A DNA stretch of 64,000 bases from Rubripirellula sp. (GTDB taxonomy: Bacteria > Planctomycetota > Planctomycetia > Pirellulales > Pirellulaceae). How positions within the stretch are numbered: position 1 is the first letter of the stretch; each line of letters opens with the position of its first letter. The stretch covers positions 4,800,001 to 4,864,000 of the forward strand of contig OZ244207.1 in NCBI GenBank assembly GCA_965216875.1. Direction: 5' to 3'. The position numbers and the translations under genes are program-made. Shown here in pieces: positions 63,242-64,000 of this stretch. The notes beneath the pieces are model-generated. The model ran no database searches, was not told where the DNA came from, and worked only from the letters and a program-made list of their open reading frames with translations.

Positions 63242-64000
63242 CTATTTCGTTACCTTCAGGACATATGCGTACTTCGATGCCTTCCCGGCGGGAAGTTGAA
63301 CCGTCAGCCCCTTTTCATCACGAGACCATTTCACGGGCTGATCCGATCCCAACAGAGAGATCGATGCGATCTTTTCAGGATAGTGCTCACTACCCTTGGC
63401 CAAAGTTTTCACCACAGCCTTTCCGTTCTCAGGCCACTTCAAACCGGTGACATACAGGTTGTCGCCATTGACGGTGAAACGGAAATCTTCGACGCCAAAT
63501 GGCTTGTCTTTCGATTCTGAGACGTGTCCGGTGGAAACGGCCGTTGGCCCTTCACCAAAGGTGTGCCAATAGGTGGTGTCGTAAATCGATTCGCCGTTGA
63601 CCTTTAGCCAAGCACCGATCGCCTTCAAGATCGCGGTGTCTTCTTCTGGAATCGTGCCATCCGCACGTGGGCCAACGTTCAACAACAAGCAACCGTTCTT
63701 GCTAACGATGTCAACCAAATCGTTGACCAGACGTTCCGGCGTCTTGTAGCGTTGGTTTTGCGTGTAACCCCATGAACTCGAGCTGACTGCCGTATCGGTT
63801 TGCCAGAATGGCTTACGAATCTCGGCCATCTTCGATCGTTCTTTGTCGAGGACCGCAGCGCCCTCGGGAAACGCTTTCCATTTGTAGTTGATGATGCCGA
63901 TTCCATCGCCCGATTTTGACGATTGGTTGTAGTAGTAAGCAGCGAATTGCTTGAGGTGATCGGCGTAGGGGTTTTCGTCGTAATTCTGCTCACGCAAACC
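63242..64000 (-). CDS. Alpha-L-fucosidase GH29 (C-terminal part; start outside the window)
   Basis: WQTDT..SWGY, LVDIVSKNGCLLLNVGPRADGTIP, IGAWLKVNGESIY. Confidence 0.88.
   Translation of the reverse strand, partial: GLREQNYDENPYADHLKQFAAYYYNQSSKSGDGIGIINYKWKAFPEGAAVLDKERSKMAEIRKPFWQTDTAVSSSSWGYTQNQRYKTPERLVNDLVDIVSKNGCLLLNVGPRADGTIPEEDTAILKAIGAWLKVNGESIYDTTYWHTFGEGPTAVSTGHVSESKDKPFGVEDFRFTVNGDNLYVTGLKWPENGKAVVKTLAKGSEHYPEKIASISLLGSDQPVKWSRDEKGLTVQLPAGKASKYAYVLKVTK

Overview
About 64 kb of GC-rich bacterial chromosome, almost certainly a planctomycete (Pirellulaceae-like). This rests on DUF1501, PSD1/planctomycete cytochrome c and PVC-type CxxCH proteins, five sulfatases, and ECF sigmas paired with Ser/Thr kinases or FecR. 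Contents in order: the start of an exopolysaccharide operon; methyltransferase-thyA-folA; an alpha operon lacking rpsD (rpsM-rpsK-rpoA-rplQ); then sugar and sulfate scavenging and signalling genes, ending in hydroxyproline and fucose catabolism. I saw no tRNA, rRNA, CRISPR array, transposase or phage gene. Best candidates for undescribed systems: (1) a Ser/Thr kinase with an extracytoplasmic c-type heme (CxxCH) domain, coupled to an ECF sigma and a Tat-exported His-rich protein, with a shared upstream motif; (2) a priming glycosyltransferase with a catalytically dead GGDEF-like domain that keeps an RxxD site; (3) back-to-back twin promoter-like motifs between an ECF/FecR operon and a PSD1/DUF1501 operon encoding Arg/Gly-rich proteins; (4) an FHA-metallo-hydrolase next to a KaiC-like ATPase. 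Several distinct REP-like palindrome families fill intergenic gaps. All family calls come from reading motifs by eye; no database searches were run, so novelty is untested.
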